64,000 bases of DNA from Piromyces finnis finn (taxonomy: Eukaryota > Fungi > Neocallimastigomycota), in assembly GCA_002104945.1 (NCBI GenBank), contig MCFH01000042.1, forward strand, positions 1-64,000, read 5' to 3'. Positions 29,685 through 43,700 of this stretch are shown here, in pieces. Below the pieces are notes generated by a model. It ran no database searches. It worked only from the letters and a program-made list of their open reading frames with translations, and was not told the origin of the DNA. The first letter of the stretch is position 1, and the number at the start of each line of letters is the position of its first letter. Position numbers and translations under genes: made by a program.

Positions 29685-31723
29685 CTTGTTACTTTAATGT
29701 ATATAAAAAATAAGTATTATGGAATTTGTATTTATATTACTATATATATTTTGAAATTTTTAAAAATTTTTAGTTTTTTTTTTTTTTTATTCATATTATT
29801 AATTATTTTTTAAATTTTTTTTACAATAAATCAACTATTGCTATAAATTTAAATTTTATTAATAAATAATAATACTAAATTTTAAAGCAATCCATTTACC
29901 TTTATTTAATGATTTTTTTTATTAATTAAAAGAATTTATAAATTACTTTTTACAAATAAATTATTTAATTTTTATTGTTATTATTATTTATTTATTATTA
30001 AAAATTACTTTTAATACATTATTTTAAAACAAAAATAAATATGCATTTATATATATATATTATTATTATTATTTTGTTAATGAATTTCAATTAAATGTAA
30101 AAAGTTATATTTTATATAACAAAATCATTCTATAATTATACTCTTCTTATCTTTTATTTTATATAATAAAAAAAGAATAAAAGTTTAATTGAATCAAAAA
30201 TGAAAAAATTTAAATTTAATTAAATTTAATTAAGTATATTCAATTAAATCTTTTAAAAAAAACATAAAATTTAAATTTTCTGTTTACTTTGAAAAAAAAA
30301 AAGGTATATGATATTAATTCATATAATTATAATTATAATTATAATTATAAAAAGTACAGGATAAAATATATATATATATTTTATTCAAAACCAAATTTGA
30401 AAAAAGAAAAAGGATATAAATAATTATTAGAGCTTCAATATAAAAATATAATAAAGATTAAATATTAACACCAATTTCTATATATTATCTATTAATATCA
30501 TATATATAATTTTAATCATTTTACCATATATCTACAAATTTGTTATTTGTTATTTTTTATGTATAAATTAATGAAATCGTCATTTTAAAAAGAAAAAAAT
30601 AAGAAGAATTATTTTTATTTTAGTTTTTGTAATGATAATAGTACGCTTTGAATAAATAATAATGTTAAAATTTTAAATAACCAAAATTTAAAAAAAAAAA
30701 ACGGCAGTCATTTATAAAGTAAAAAAAAAAGTAAAAAAAAAAAAAAATTAATATTTAAAAAATTAATTATTAGAGTTAAATATATAAATAGTCAATAATA
30801 TATTAGATAGTCTACTATTAATATATGATAATTTTAATTAAATCAGTTAGATTTTATAATTAATTTTTTGGTCACTTTTCTTGGTAAAACCTTTTATTTT
30901 TATTCAAAAATTATAAGTGTAATTTACTTAATACTTAAAAAAAAAAAATTGATATTATACTAATGTGTTTTTTAATTATATAAGTAATTAAATAATAAAG
31001 CGAAATTATATTTTCACTATACTTTATAATGTTATACATTTTTGATTATAATATTGAAAATATTTGAAAATTTAATATATTAATTATTTTTTTGTAATAC
31101 ATAATATATTATATATTATTAATTTTGAATTTATGTAATAAATATTTAAACCAAAAAATAATTTTTTTTTTTTTTTTTTTTTTTGTTTATTATCATTTAA
31201 AAGTGTTATAAATAAATAAATAAAATATAAAAATAAAAAATAATATAAATAAAGAAGAAAAATATAAAAAAGATAACTATTGAAATTCTTATTTTAAATA
31301 AATATATTAAACAATAAGTTTTAATAAACATTGATTTTGATAGTTAACTTTTTATTTTTTTTTCGTTTTTTATTAATTTATATTCTTTATTTGTTTTATT
31401 TTTTTTAAGTAATTTTCATATTTAAATATAGTATAGTAGTAAAAACTAAATTATATTTTATATGAAAATATAATTAAAAAAGAACAACGAATAAAAATAG
31501 ATATAATTATTATAATAATCATTAATAAAATCAATCTAAAATTGCAATTAACAATTTAACAAAATAAAACAAAACACTTTGATAAATGAAATTTTAATAA
31601 TATTAAAATTAACAATATTAATTTTAGTATAAATTCTATATCTATTACTTTTTTATTCTTAAATAAACAAATTATTATATATATTACTATTATAATATAA
31701 AAATATATAAATAAATAAAAAAA

Positions 31724-34700
31724 ATGGAAGAAGAAACAGGATCTGAATATTCTTCTTCAGAACAATTACTTTCTGAAACTATATCTGTAAATGAATTTAA
31801 AAGTTATATTGTAAAATTAATCTCATTACTTTTAGAAGCATCTGATGATGATATTAATAAGTATGTAAATGATGAAAATTTTGATCCAAAGGAATTAGAA
31901 AGCTTTATTAAAGATAATGTTATACAAACATTATTTATTACTAAAGAAAAAATAGATGATAGTCAAGGTAAATTAAAATAATACTGTATTTCTTATAATA
32001 ATATACTAAGTATTATTAAATAATTAATCCTTTTTGTATTCTAATTAATATATTGTTTTTTTTTTATAAAATAATAAAACGGAACATCATAATTAATAAA
32101 AACATTATATATTAAATTATTATCGAAAATTAATTTATTTGAAATTTAAAATGTTATCACTTTCAATAAATAACTATTATTGAAAATTATAAAACAAAAA
32201 TTATTTTTTATTATAAAATCATACTCAAATTGATGAATCATTAATGGGATTATAATAACTAATCCGAATTTAATTTAAACCTTTATTAGAGGATCAATTT
32301 AAATATTACATGAGCTTTGAAATTAATTTCAGTCCTTTACAAACTGCCTCACTTGCTTTAATTAAGCGTCATCAAATTTTACAAAAAGACAAACCAATTC
32401 AAAGCCAATTACAAATAATAAATTTACCTGGTTTTCTTGATGGAGGTAATCCATATGAAACGCTCCATTCTTATATTCATAATGCAGTATCTCCATATTT
32501 TAATGCTTATGTTAGTTCAAAAAATGAAAATAACTCAAAGTCAACAGCTAATTTTGAAGATAAAGATATCAAAGCCGGTATTCCAATGACAAGAAAAAAG
32601 ATAGCTGAATTAGAATTATCTTTACTTCATTTACAACAAAATGTTGAAATTCCGGAAATTGTTCTTGAAATTAATCCAGTAATAACAAAAGCAATTGAAG
32701 ACTGTAAAAAGAGAGGTGAAGATCCAAAAATATCAGCTCTCAATTATATACCAAAAAGTTATCTTAATGATTCACCATTTTTAGATAAACTTCAAAAAGA
32801 AGTTCAAAACTGGGTTACTGATATTAGAAAAGTAGCTGATTTAGATAGAGATCCAGTTCAAGGAACAGCTAGCCAAGAAATTAATTTTTGGATTGGTATG
32901 GAAAACTCAATTACTTCTATTGAAAAACAACTTATAGATATTCCAGTATTACTTACATTAGATGTTTTAAAAAATGCAAAAAGATATCACACTACAATAT
33001 CATTTCATTCTGATACTGGTTTAATGGAAAAATCAGAAACAGTAAGAAAGTATGCTCAAGTTATGAAAGATTTTCCAATAAATGAGTTACTTTCTGCTTT
33101 AGATTTAGATAAGGTAAAAGAAGCATTAGAGAAGATTTTTAGCCATTTATTAAAAAAATTAAAAGTCACTCTTTACCCAACTCAACGTTCACTCCCATTA
33201 GTTGAAGCAATTTCACGGGATCTTAACAATCAATTAATGAAAATTTTAAGCAGTAAAAAATTAATGTATATGCCATTTGAAGAATTTGAAAATGTAACTA
33301 ATAATTGTGATATTGTTTTTAATACTTGGAAAGAAAATAGTAGGGAATTCACAAATATTGCTCGTGATACTGTTAGAAGAAGAAAAGAAAAGTTTATCTT
33401 AGTTAAAATAGATGCTGCTCATGAAAAATTGCAAGAAAGAATTAATTTTATCAAAGATTTCAGAATTAGACATGAACATCTTCAAAAAACCATAGAAAAA
33501 ATCATAAAAAGTGATAATGAAATAGCAGATGAAGATTCTGGTATTGATAGTTCTACTTATGATGATGTAAGTGAAGCGTACAGCTATTTCAAAAACATTG
33601 ATATTTTAGATGTATCACTTGAAGGTACAGAAGCTTGGAATAATACTGAAAATCTATATAATGAAAAAATTGAAAAAGTTGAAAATCAAATTATTGTTCG
33701 TTTACGTAGTCGTCTTGAAAAAGCAAGAAATGCAAATGAAATGTTTAGAGCTTTCTCAAAATTCAATGCTCTTTTCTTCAGTCAAAAAATTAGAAATGCT
33801 ATTTTGGAATATCAAACCCCATTGATTGATAGCACTAAAAATGATATTAAGAAACTTCACGAAAAATTTATTGCTAAATATCCACAATCTCAAGTTAGTG
33901 TTGTATGCCAAGCCCGTGATATTCCACCAATTGCTGGTAACATTTCATGGGCAAAACAAATTGATCACCAATTAGATATGTACATGAAGAGAGTTGAAGA
34001 TGTTTTAGGTAAAGGTTGGGAAAAGTATACTGAAGGTGAAAAATTAAAAAAAGAAAGTGATGCTTTCAAAATTAAATTAGATACTAGAACTATGTTTGAT
34101 GCATGGATTGCCAAAATGACAAGTGATCAAAATAATTTCTTAACTACTACTGGTAGAGTTTTTGTTGTTAAAAGTTATAATGATATTAATAGTGGTGATA
34201 AATTATTAGATACAAAGGCTACAAAAAAATACATCTTAGATATTAATTATGATCCTCAAACAATTACTTTCTATAAAGAAATTCGTCAATTAATTTGGTT
34301 AAAATTCAATGTTCCATATACCTTGATAAGATACTCAAAAGAAGCTAAACGTATTTATCCATATGCTGTTTCATTAAAAGAAACTGTTAAAATGTATTAT
34401 CATGCTAATCGCAAAGTTGATGAAAATCATGAAATTATTTCATTAATTGCTATATTTAAAAAAAAGGTTCAAAATGTAATTCTTAAAGGTGTAAATATTT
34501 GTTGGGAAAACTTTATTGATATTGATCAGACTCAAAGAGGATTTGAAAATACTAATAATAAGCAAATTAAGTTTGTTAAGGAATTTTATGATGTAGTTTC
34601 CATATATCAAGATAAGGTCGATGAAGCTATATTAATTAATGATGAAGTAAATCATATAATTGATGAAATGAAGACATGTGATTATGATAAAGAAGTCTTT

Positions 34701-37700
34701 TACAATAATTTAGATTCAATTCAAAAATATATTGATAAATTAAATTTAGAATCATATTCTAATTTAAACCAATGGGTATCCCAATTAGATGCTAGAATTG
34801 AAGCTGTTTTAATTCAACGTCTTGAATCTGCTATTAAATCATGGATTACTGCATTCCAAAATGAAAGTCCAGAACTTAATGAAATTGCTATTGCTAGAAA
34901 AAAGAGAAATAGATTATCATCTCCATCTACCTTAGCCATTGCTAAATCTGAAGCCGAAGATCTCGGAGTTGATGAAACTAAAAAGAACACTCCAGAATTT
35001 CCATTATTAATTCATGAACTTAAAATTAAGAATCAAGTTATGTATCTTGATCCACCAATTGAAAATGCTAGAGCTGATTGGTATTATCAATTCCAAGATT
35101 GGCTTTCTAGTATTTGCTCTTTAACACATATTCAAGGATCTAGATATGATATGAATATAGATGATAATGATATTGTTGAAGTAAGTACATACATTAATCT
35201 TTTAACAAAGCTCTCAAACAACTTATTAAATCAAGTTTACGAAGTTATTGAAAATCGTATTAAAACTGTTAATAAATATCTTTCTATATGGTTAAGATAT
35301 CAATCTTTATGGGATTTAGAACCAGATTATATTTATAATCAATTAAATGATGATCTTTCTTTATGGAAACAAATTGTATTAGAAATTAAAAAAGCTAGAT
35401 CAACATTTGATAATTCTGAAACAGAAAAGTCATTTGGTAATCTTGTTATAGATTATGCTCATGTTCAATCAAAGGTAAATGCTAAATATGATTCATGGCA
35501 ACGTGATATTCAAAATAAGTTTGGAAATAAATTACTTAATAGAATGAAAGAATTCTACAATAAGATTTCAAAATCTAGAAATGATTTAGAACAACATTCT
35601 GCTGAAACATCTTCTACTGCTGAAGCTGTTTCTTTCATTACATTTGTTCAAGACTTAAAGAAAAATATGCCAATTTGGGTTCAAGATATTGAATTATTTA
35701 AGAGTGGTCAAAAAATTCTTGAAAGACAAAGATACCAATTTCCAAATGATTGGTTGTATATTGATCAAATTGAAGGGGAATGGAGTGCTTTCAATGAAAT
35801 TTTAGTTCGTAAAAATAATACTATTCAAGAACAACTTGCTGGTTTACAACAAAAGATTGTCGCTGAAGATTCTTCTCTTGAACAAAAAATTAAAGAAACT
35901 ACTTCTGAATGGGAAAAAACTAAACCAATCCAAGGCGATATTAAACCAGATACAGCTGTTAATAAATTGAATATTTTCGAAGGCCGTATTGAAAGATTAA
36001 AGGAAAGTTACGATCAAATTACACGTGCAAAAGAAGCATTATCCCTTGAATATATTGTTGATGACCGCTTAACTCCATTAATTGAAGAATTACGTGACTT
36101 AAAGAGTGTATGGGTTGCTCTCTCTAAAATTTGGTCACAACTTGATGAAATTAAAGATACTTTATGGAATTCCGTCGTTCCAAGAAAGATCCGTCAATCA
36201 ATTGATCAATTAATTAATTCTACTAAGGAATTACCTACTCGCATGAGACAATATGCAGCATATGAATATCTTCAAGATACATTAAAGAGTTATCTTAAAG
36301 TTCATCAAATATTTACTGATTTAAAATCTGAAGCTATTCGTGAACGTCATTGGAAGCAACTTTTGAAGGAACTTCATTTTGATAATAAAGTAAGATTCTC
36401 TGAACTTACCGTTGGTAATGTATGGAGTTTTGATTTACATAGAAATGAATCTGTTATTCGTGGTGTTATTGAAATGGCACAAGGTGAAATGGCTTTAGAA
36501 GAATTCTTAAAACAAGTTAGAGAAACATGGACAAATTATGCACTTGAATTAATTAATTATCAAAATAAGTGTCGTCTTATTAAAGGTTTTCAAGATTTAT
36601 TTACTAAGTGTAGTGAAAATATAAATAGTTTAATTGCTATGAAGCATTCACCATACTTTAAGGTATTCGAAGAAGAAGCTTTATCATGGGAAGAAAAACT
36701 TAATCGTATTCATGTTTTATTCGATGTATGGATTGATGTTCAACGTCAATGGGTCTACCTTGAAGGTATTTTTACTAGTAGTGCTGATATTAAACAACTT
36801 TTACCAGTTGAAACTACAAGATTCCAAAATATAAATACTGAATTCATGGCTGTAATGAAAAAAGTTTATAAATCCCCATTTGTCTTAGATATTCTTGCTA
36901 TTCCAAATATTCAAAAGTCTTTAGAACGTTTAGCTGAACTTTTAAGCAAGATTCAAAAGGCACTTGGTGAATATCTTGAAAGAGAAAGATCTTCCTTCCC
37001 ACGTTTCTACTTTGTTGGTGATGAAGATTTATTAGAAATTATAGGTAATAGTAAGGATGTTGTTAGAATTCAAAAGCATTTCAAAAAAATGTTTGCTGGT
37101 ATTGCTAGTATCTTATTAAATGATGATGCATCAGAAATTTTAGGTATGGTTTCTAAAGAAGGTGAAATTGTAAACTTCAATACCCCAGTTTCTATTAAGA
37201 ATAATCCACGTATTAATGATTGGTTAACCTTATTAGAAAAGGAAATGAAATATTCTTTAGCATACTGGCTTTTAGAATCTGTTAAAACTATTAGAGATAT
37301 TTATTTCTCTGATAATATTGAACTTCAACAATTATTAGAATGGGTTGAAAAGTATCCAGCTCAATTAATTGTTCTTAGTATGCAAATTATTTGGACTCAG
37401 TCTGTCGAAAATGCTTTAGAAAATATTGAAAATAATTCAGATGTTGATTCATTACAAAATTCATTTAAATTAGTTGAGCAAACATTAAATATTTTAGCTG
37501 ATACTGTTTTAACTGATTTAACACCAATTACAAGAAAGAAATGTGAACATTTAATTACTGAATTAGTTCACCAAAGAGATGTAATTCGTCAATTAATTAA
37601 TCATAATGTCAAATCACCAAAGGACTTTGAATGGCTTTACCAAATGCGTTTCTACTACAATGAAAATGAAGAACCATTAATTCGTTTATGCATTCAAATG

Positions 37701-40700
37701 GCCAATGCTCGTTTTTACTATGGTTATGAATACCTTGGTGTTGCTGAACGTCTTGTCCAAACTCCTCTTACTGATAGATGTTATCTTACCCTTACTCAAG
37801 CTTTGGATAGCAGAATGGGTGGTAGTCCATTCGGTCCTGCTGGTACTGGTAAAACAGAATCTGTAAAGGCACTTGGTTTACAGCTTGGTAGATTTGTTCT
37901 TGTTTTCTGTTGTGATGAAAACTTTGATTTCCAAGCTATGGGCCGTATTTTCATTGGTTTATGTCAAGTTGGTGCTTGGGGTTGTTTCGATGAATTTAAC
38001 CGTCTTGCAGAAAGAATTCTTTCTGCTGTCTCTCAACAAATTCAATCTATTCAAATTGGTTTACGTACTGAAGAATCAATTGATATTGTTGGTAAAAATA
38101 TTAAGGTTAATTCAAATACAGGTATTTTCATTACTATGAATCCAGGTTATGCTGGTCGTTCCAACTTACCAGATAACTTGAAGAAATTATTTAGAAATAT
38201 TGCTATGACTCGCCCAGATCGTGAATTAATCGCTCAAGTTATGCTCTTCTCACAAGGTTTCCGTTCTGCCGAACTTTTATCCTCTAAGGTCGTTCCATTA
38301 TTCAATTTATGTTTTGAACAATTAAGTCCACAAAGTCATTACGATTTCGGTTTAAGATCATTAAAAAGTGTCTTAGTTAGTGCTGGTAACTTAAAACGTA
38401 CTAAGATTCAAAGTATTATTTCTAAGCAAGACTCAACACAAGAAGAAATTGAAGCCTTATCTGATTCTCGTATTGAACAAGAAATTTTAATTCAAAGTAT
38501 CAGAGAAACCATTGTTCCAAAGTTAGTAGTTGATGATATTCCATTATTAACTAACCTCCTTACTGATGTATTCCCAGGTATTGAATACTCTCCAATAAAC
38601 CTTGAAGCTCTTTGTGATGCAATTAAGGAAATATGTAAAGATAACCAATACGAATACAGTGATATGTGGGTCGAAAAAGTTATTCAATTATACCAAATCC
38701 AAAATATTCATCATGGTCTTATGATGGTAGGTCCTTCAGGAAGTGGTAAGACTTCTGCCTGGCAAGTTCTCTTAAAGGCCTTAGAAAAACTTGAAGGTGT
38801 TGAAGGTGTTTCTTATGTTATTAATCCAAAGGCTATTTCAAAAGACAGTTTATATGGTTTCCTTGATCAAACTACTCGTGAATGGACCGATGGTTTATTC
38901 ACCCATATTTTAAGAAAAATTATTGATAATGTTCGTGGGGAAAGTGAAAAGCGTCATTGGATTATTTTCGATGGTGATGTCGATCCAGAATGGGTTGAAA
39001 ACTTAAATAGTGTTCTTGATGATAACAAACTTTTAACTCTTCCAAATGGGGAAAGACTTAATCTTCCACGTAATGTAAGAATTATGTTCGAAGTTGATAG
39101 CTTAAAATATGCAACTCTTGCTACAGTTTCACGTTGTGGTATGATTTGGTTCAGTGAAGATGTCTTAAAATTACAAATGATCTTTAATAATTACTTAAAT
39201 ACTTTAAGAACTAAGGAATTAGATAAAAATGAAGAAGATGTATCTGTTCATGATCGTAACAATCCAAATTCAAGTTCTCAAACTATTCTTGATACACAAA
39301 AGAAATGTGCAGATATCTTGAAAAGTTCCTTCAAAGAAGATGGACTTGTTGAAAATTGTTTAAAATTCTCATATAAATTAGAACATATTATGGACTTTAC
39401 CAGAATTCGTGTCTTGAACACATTATTCTCACTTATCAATAGCATTATTGGAAATATTATTCAATATAATAATTTACATCCAGATTTCCCTCTTGATGCT
39501 GAACAACTTGAGAACTACATTAATAAAAAACTTTTAATTGCTATTATTTGGAGTTTTACTGGTGATGCTAAATTAGATGCTAGAGTTGAATTAAGTCAAT
39601 TTATTCAAACTTCTTGCACTATCGAATTACCAGAAATTTCATCATCCCTTTCCATTGCTGATTATGATGTAGATATCAAGAATGGTAGTTGGATTTCTCT
39701 TGATACTCGTGTTCCAACTATTGAAATAGAACCACATACTGTATCTACTGCAGATGTTGTTATTCCAACTATTGATACTGTTAAACATGAAGATGTTATC
39801 TACTCCTGGTTATCTGAACATAAACCATTAATTTTATGTGGTCCACCAGGTTCTGGTAAGACAATGACTTTATTTAGTGCTTTAAGAAAGCTTCCAGATA
39901 TGGAAGTTGTTGGTTTGAATTTCTCTAGTGCTACAACTCCAGAATTAATCTTGAAAACCTTTGAACAATATTGTGAATATCGTAAGACACCAAATGGTGT
40001 TGTCTTATGCCCAACAATGATTGGTCGTTGGTTAGTAATTTTCTGTGATGAAATTAATCTTCCAGCTGCTGATAAATATGGTACTCAACGTGTATTATCA
40101 TTCATTAGACAATTAATTGAATCTGGAGGTTTCTGGAGAACCACTGATCAAGCTTGGGTTAAATTAGAAAGAATTCAATTTGTTGGTGCTTGTAATCCAC
40201 CAACTGATCCAGGTCGTGTTTTAATGTCTCATAGATTCTTACGTCATGCCCCATTAGTTATGGTTAACTATCCTGGTGAATTATCTCTTAAGCAAATTTA
40301 TGGTACATTCTCCAGAGCTGCATTAAAGGTTGTTCCATCATTAAGAGGTTATGCTGAACCATTAACTAATGCTATGGTTGAATTCTTCTTAAAATCACAA
40401 CAAAGATTTACTCCTGATATTCAAGCTCATTATATATACAGTCCTCGTGAATTAACAAGATGGATTAGAGGTATATATGAAGCTATTAAGGCTTTTGATG
40501 ATTTAAGTATTGAAGGTTTGATTCGTATTTGGGCACATGAAGCCCTTCGTCTTTTCCAAGATCGTTTAGTTACTGATGAAGAAAAATTATGGACTGATAC
40601 TAATATTAATGAAGTTGCTATGAAACACTTCCCTAACTGTGATCATCAAAAAGCTTTGGAACGTCCAATTCTTTTCTCCAATTGGCTTTCTAAAAACTAT

Positions 40701-43700
40701 GTTTCTGTATCTCGCGATGAATTACGTGAATTTGTTAAAGCAAGACTCAAGGTCTTCTACGAAGAAGAACTTGATGTTCCATTGGTATTATTCAACGATG
40801 TTCTTGATCACGTCTTAAGAATTGATCGTGTCTTCCGTCAAATGCAAGGTCATATGCTTTTAATTGGTGTTAGTGGTAGTGGTAAAACGACTCTTTCTAG
40901 ATTTGTTGCATGGATGAATGGTCTCAGTGTCTTCCAAATTAAGGTGCATAATAAATATTCAGGTGAAGATTTCGATGAAGATTTAAGAACTGTTCTTCGT
41001 AGAGCTGGTTGTAAAGATGAAAAGATTTGTTTCATTATGGATGAATCAAATGTACTTGATTCTGGTTTCTTAGAACGTATGAATACTCTCTTAGCTAATG
41101 CTGAAGTTCCAGGTTTATTCGAAGGTGATGAATACGCTTCATTGATGACTCAATGTAAAGAAGGTTCTCAAAAAGAAGGTTTAATGCTTGATTCTGGAGA
41201 AGAATTATATAAATGGTTTACTGGAAAGGTTATGAAAAATCTCCACGTTATCTTCACTATGAACCCACCAGAAGAAGGTCTTGCCTCTCGTGCTGCTACC
41301 TCACCTGCCTTATTCAACCGTTGTGTTCTTGATTGGTTCGGTGATTGGTCAGACCAAGCCTTCTACCAAGTTGGTACTGAATTTACTAATATTCTTGATT
41401 TAGATCTTTCTTCATACTCACCACCAGCAGATTTCCCAATTGCCTATCAAAACCTTCCATTACCTCCAACTCACAGAAACGCTATTATCAATGCCTTCGT
41501 ATATGTTCATCAATCCTTATATTCAATGAATGCTAAGGTTAGTAAGAGACAAGGAAAAATTAATTATGTTACACCACGTCATTATCTTGATTTTATTAAT
41601 CACTACGTCCGTTTATATCAAGAAAAACGTGAAGATTTAGAAGATCAACAAAGACACTTAAATATTGGTTTAGATAGATTAAAGGATACTGTTGAAAAGG
41701 TAGAAGAATTAAGAAAGAGTTTAGCTTTACAAAAAACAGAATTAGAAACAAAAAATACTCTTGCTAATGAAAAATTACAAAAAATGGCTGCCGATCAACA
41801 AGAAGCTATGCAAAAACAAAAGGATTCTTTAGAAATTCAAGAAGAATTAAAGAAGAAGGAAAAGGAAATCGAAGAAAGACGTTCAATTGTTATGGCTGAT
41901 TTAGCTAAGGCCGAACCAGCTGTTATTGAAGCTCAAAAGAGTGTTAGTAATATTAAGAAGCAACAATTAACTGAAGTAAGAGCTATGGGTAATCCACCAG
42001 ATGCAGTAAAAATGGCTATGGAATCTGTTTGTACCTTATTAAACCATAAAATTAATGATTGGAAATCTGTTCAAAGTGTTATTAGAAGAGATGATTTCAT
42101 TTCTTCTATTGTTAATTTCGATACTAAAAAGTTAACTCCACAAATGCGTGACCATATTCGTAACAATTATTTATCTAATCCAAAGTATAACTTTGAAACT
42201 GTTAACAGAGCCAGTAAGGCTTGTGGTCCATTAGTTAAATGGGTCATTGCTCAAACTTCCTACTCTGACATTTTAGAAAGAGTAGGTCCATTAAGAAGAG
42301 AAGTTCAACAACTTGAAGAAACTGCTGAAACTACTAAAGTTAAAGCTGATGAGATCATTAAATTAATTGGAGAATTAGAAGTTAGTATTGATGCCCGTAA
42401 GAAAGAATATGCTGTTTTAATTAGTGAAATTGAAAAAATTAAGGCCGAAATGGAACGTAATGAAATTAAGGTTAACAGAAGTATTAAGTTAATTGAAAAT
42501 CTTTCATCCGAAAAAGAAAGATGGCAATCTTCTAGTGAAACCTTTGAAATTCAAATGAGTACCATTGTTGGTGATGTCTTATTATCATCTGCTTTCTTAG
42601 CTTATGCTGGTTACTTTGATCAACAATATCGTGAACAATTATTCAGCAAATGGAGTTCTCATTTAGATAGAGCAGGTATAAAATACAAAACTGATTTATC
42701 ATTACCAGAATACTTATCTACTGCAGATGATAGACTTGCTTGGCAAAGTAACGAATTACCAGTTGATGATTTATGTACTGAAAATGCCATTATGTTAAAG
42801 CGCTTTAATAGATATCCATTAATTGTTGACCCAAGTGGACAAGCCACACAATTCTTAATGAATGAATACAAAGATAGAAAAATTACTGTTACTAGTTTCT
42901 TAGATGATGCATTTATTAAGAACTTAGAAAGTGCACTTCGTTTCGGTAACCCATTATTAGTACAAGATGTTGAACATTTAGATCCAATTCTTAATGCTGT
43001 CTTAAATAAAGAATTAAGACGTGCTGGTGGTCGTGTATTAATTAGATTAGGTGGTCAAGATATTGACTTCTCACCATCCTTTACATTATTCTTATCCACT
43101 CGTGATCCATCAGTCAACTTCTCACCAGATATTTGTAGTCGTGTTACATTTGTCAACTTTACTATTACTCGTGCTAGTCTTCAAAGTCAATGTCTCCATC
43201 AAGTCTTAAAGGCTGAAAAACCAGAAATAGATAAGAAACGTAATGACTTATTAAAATTACAAGGTGAATTCCAACTCAAGCTTCGTCATTTAGAAAAGTC
43301 TTTATTAAAGGCTTTGAACGAATCGAAGGGTAACATTCTTGATGATGATAATGTTATTACAACTCTTGAAACCTTAAAGCAAGAAGCCGCTGAAATTACT
43401 AGAAAGGTTGAAGAAACTGATAATATTATGATGGAAGTTGAATCTGTCACAAATATGTATGCTCCATTAGCACAAAGTTGTAGTGCTATTTACTTCTCAA
43501 TGGAACAACTTAACCAATTACACCACTTTTACCAATTCTCACTCGATTTCTTCTTTGAAATCTTTGAATACGTACTTCATAATAATCCTCACTTAAAGGA
43601 TAAGACTGATTCCTTTGAAAGACTTAATATTTTATACAATGATCTCTTTGATGTTTCCTATGAAAGAACTTCACACGCTTTATTACATGAAGATCATATC

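Noticed and set aside
32226-32275. C/D-box snoRNA-like string (aaatTGATGA...ggatta/taatcc hairpin...CCGAattt) in the dynein intron
   Set aside because: It is too short, has an imperfect D box and no recognisable guide. The actaat within it is better explained as the branch point.
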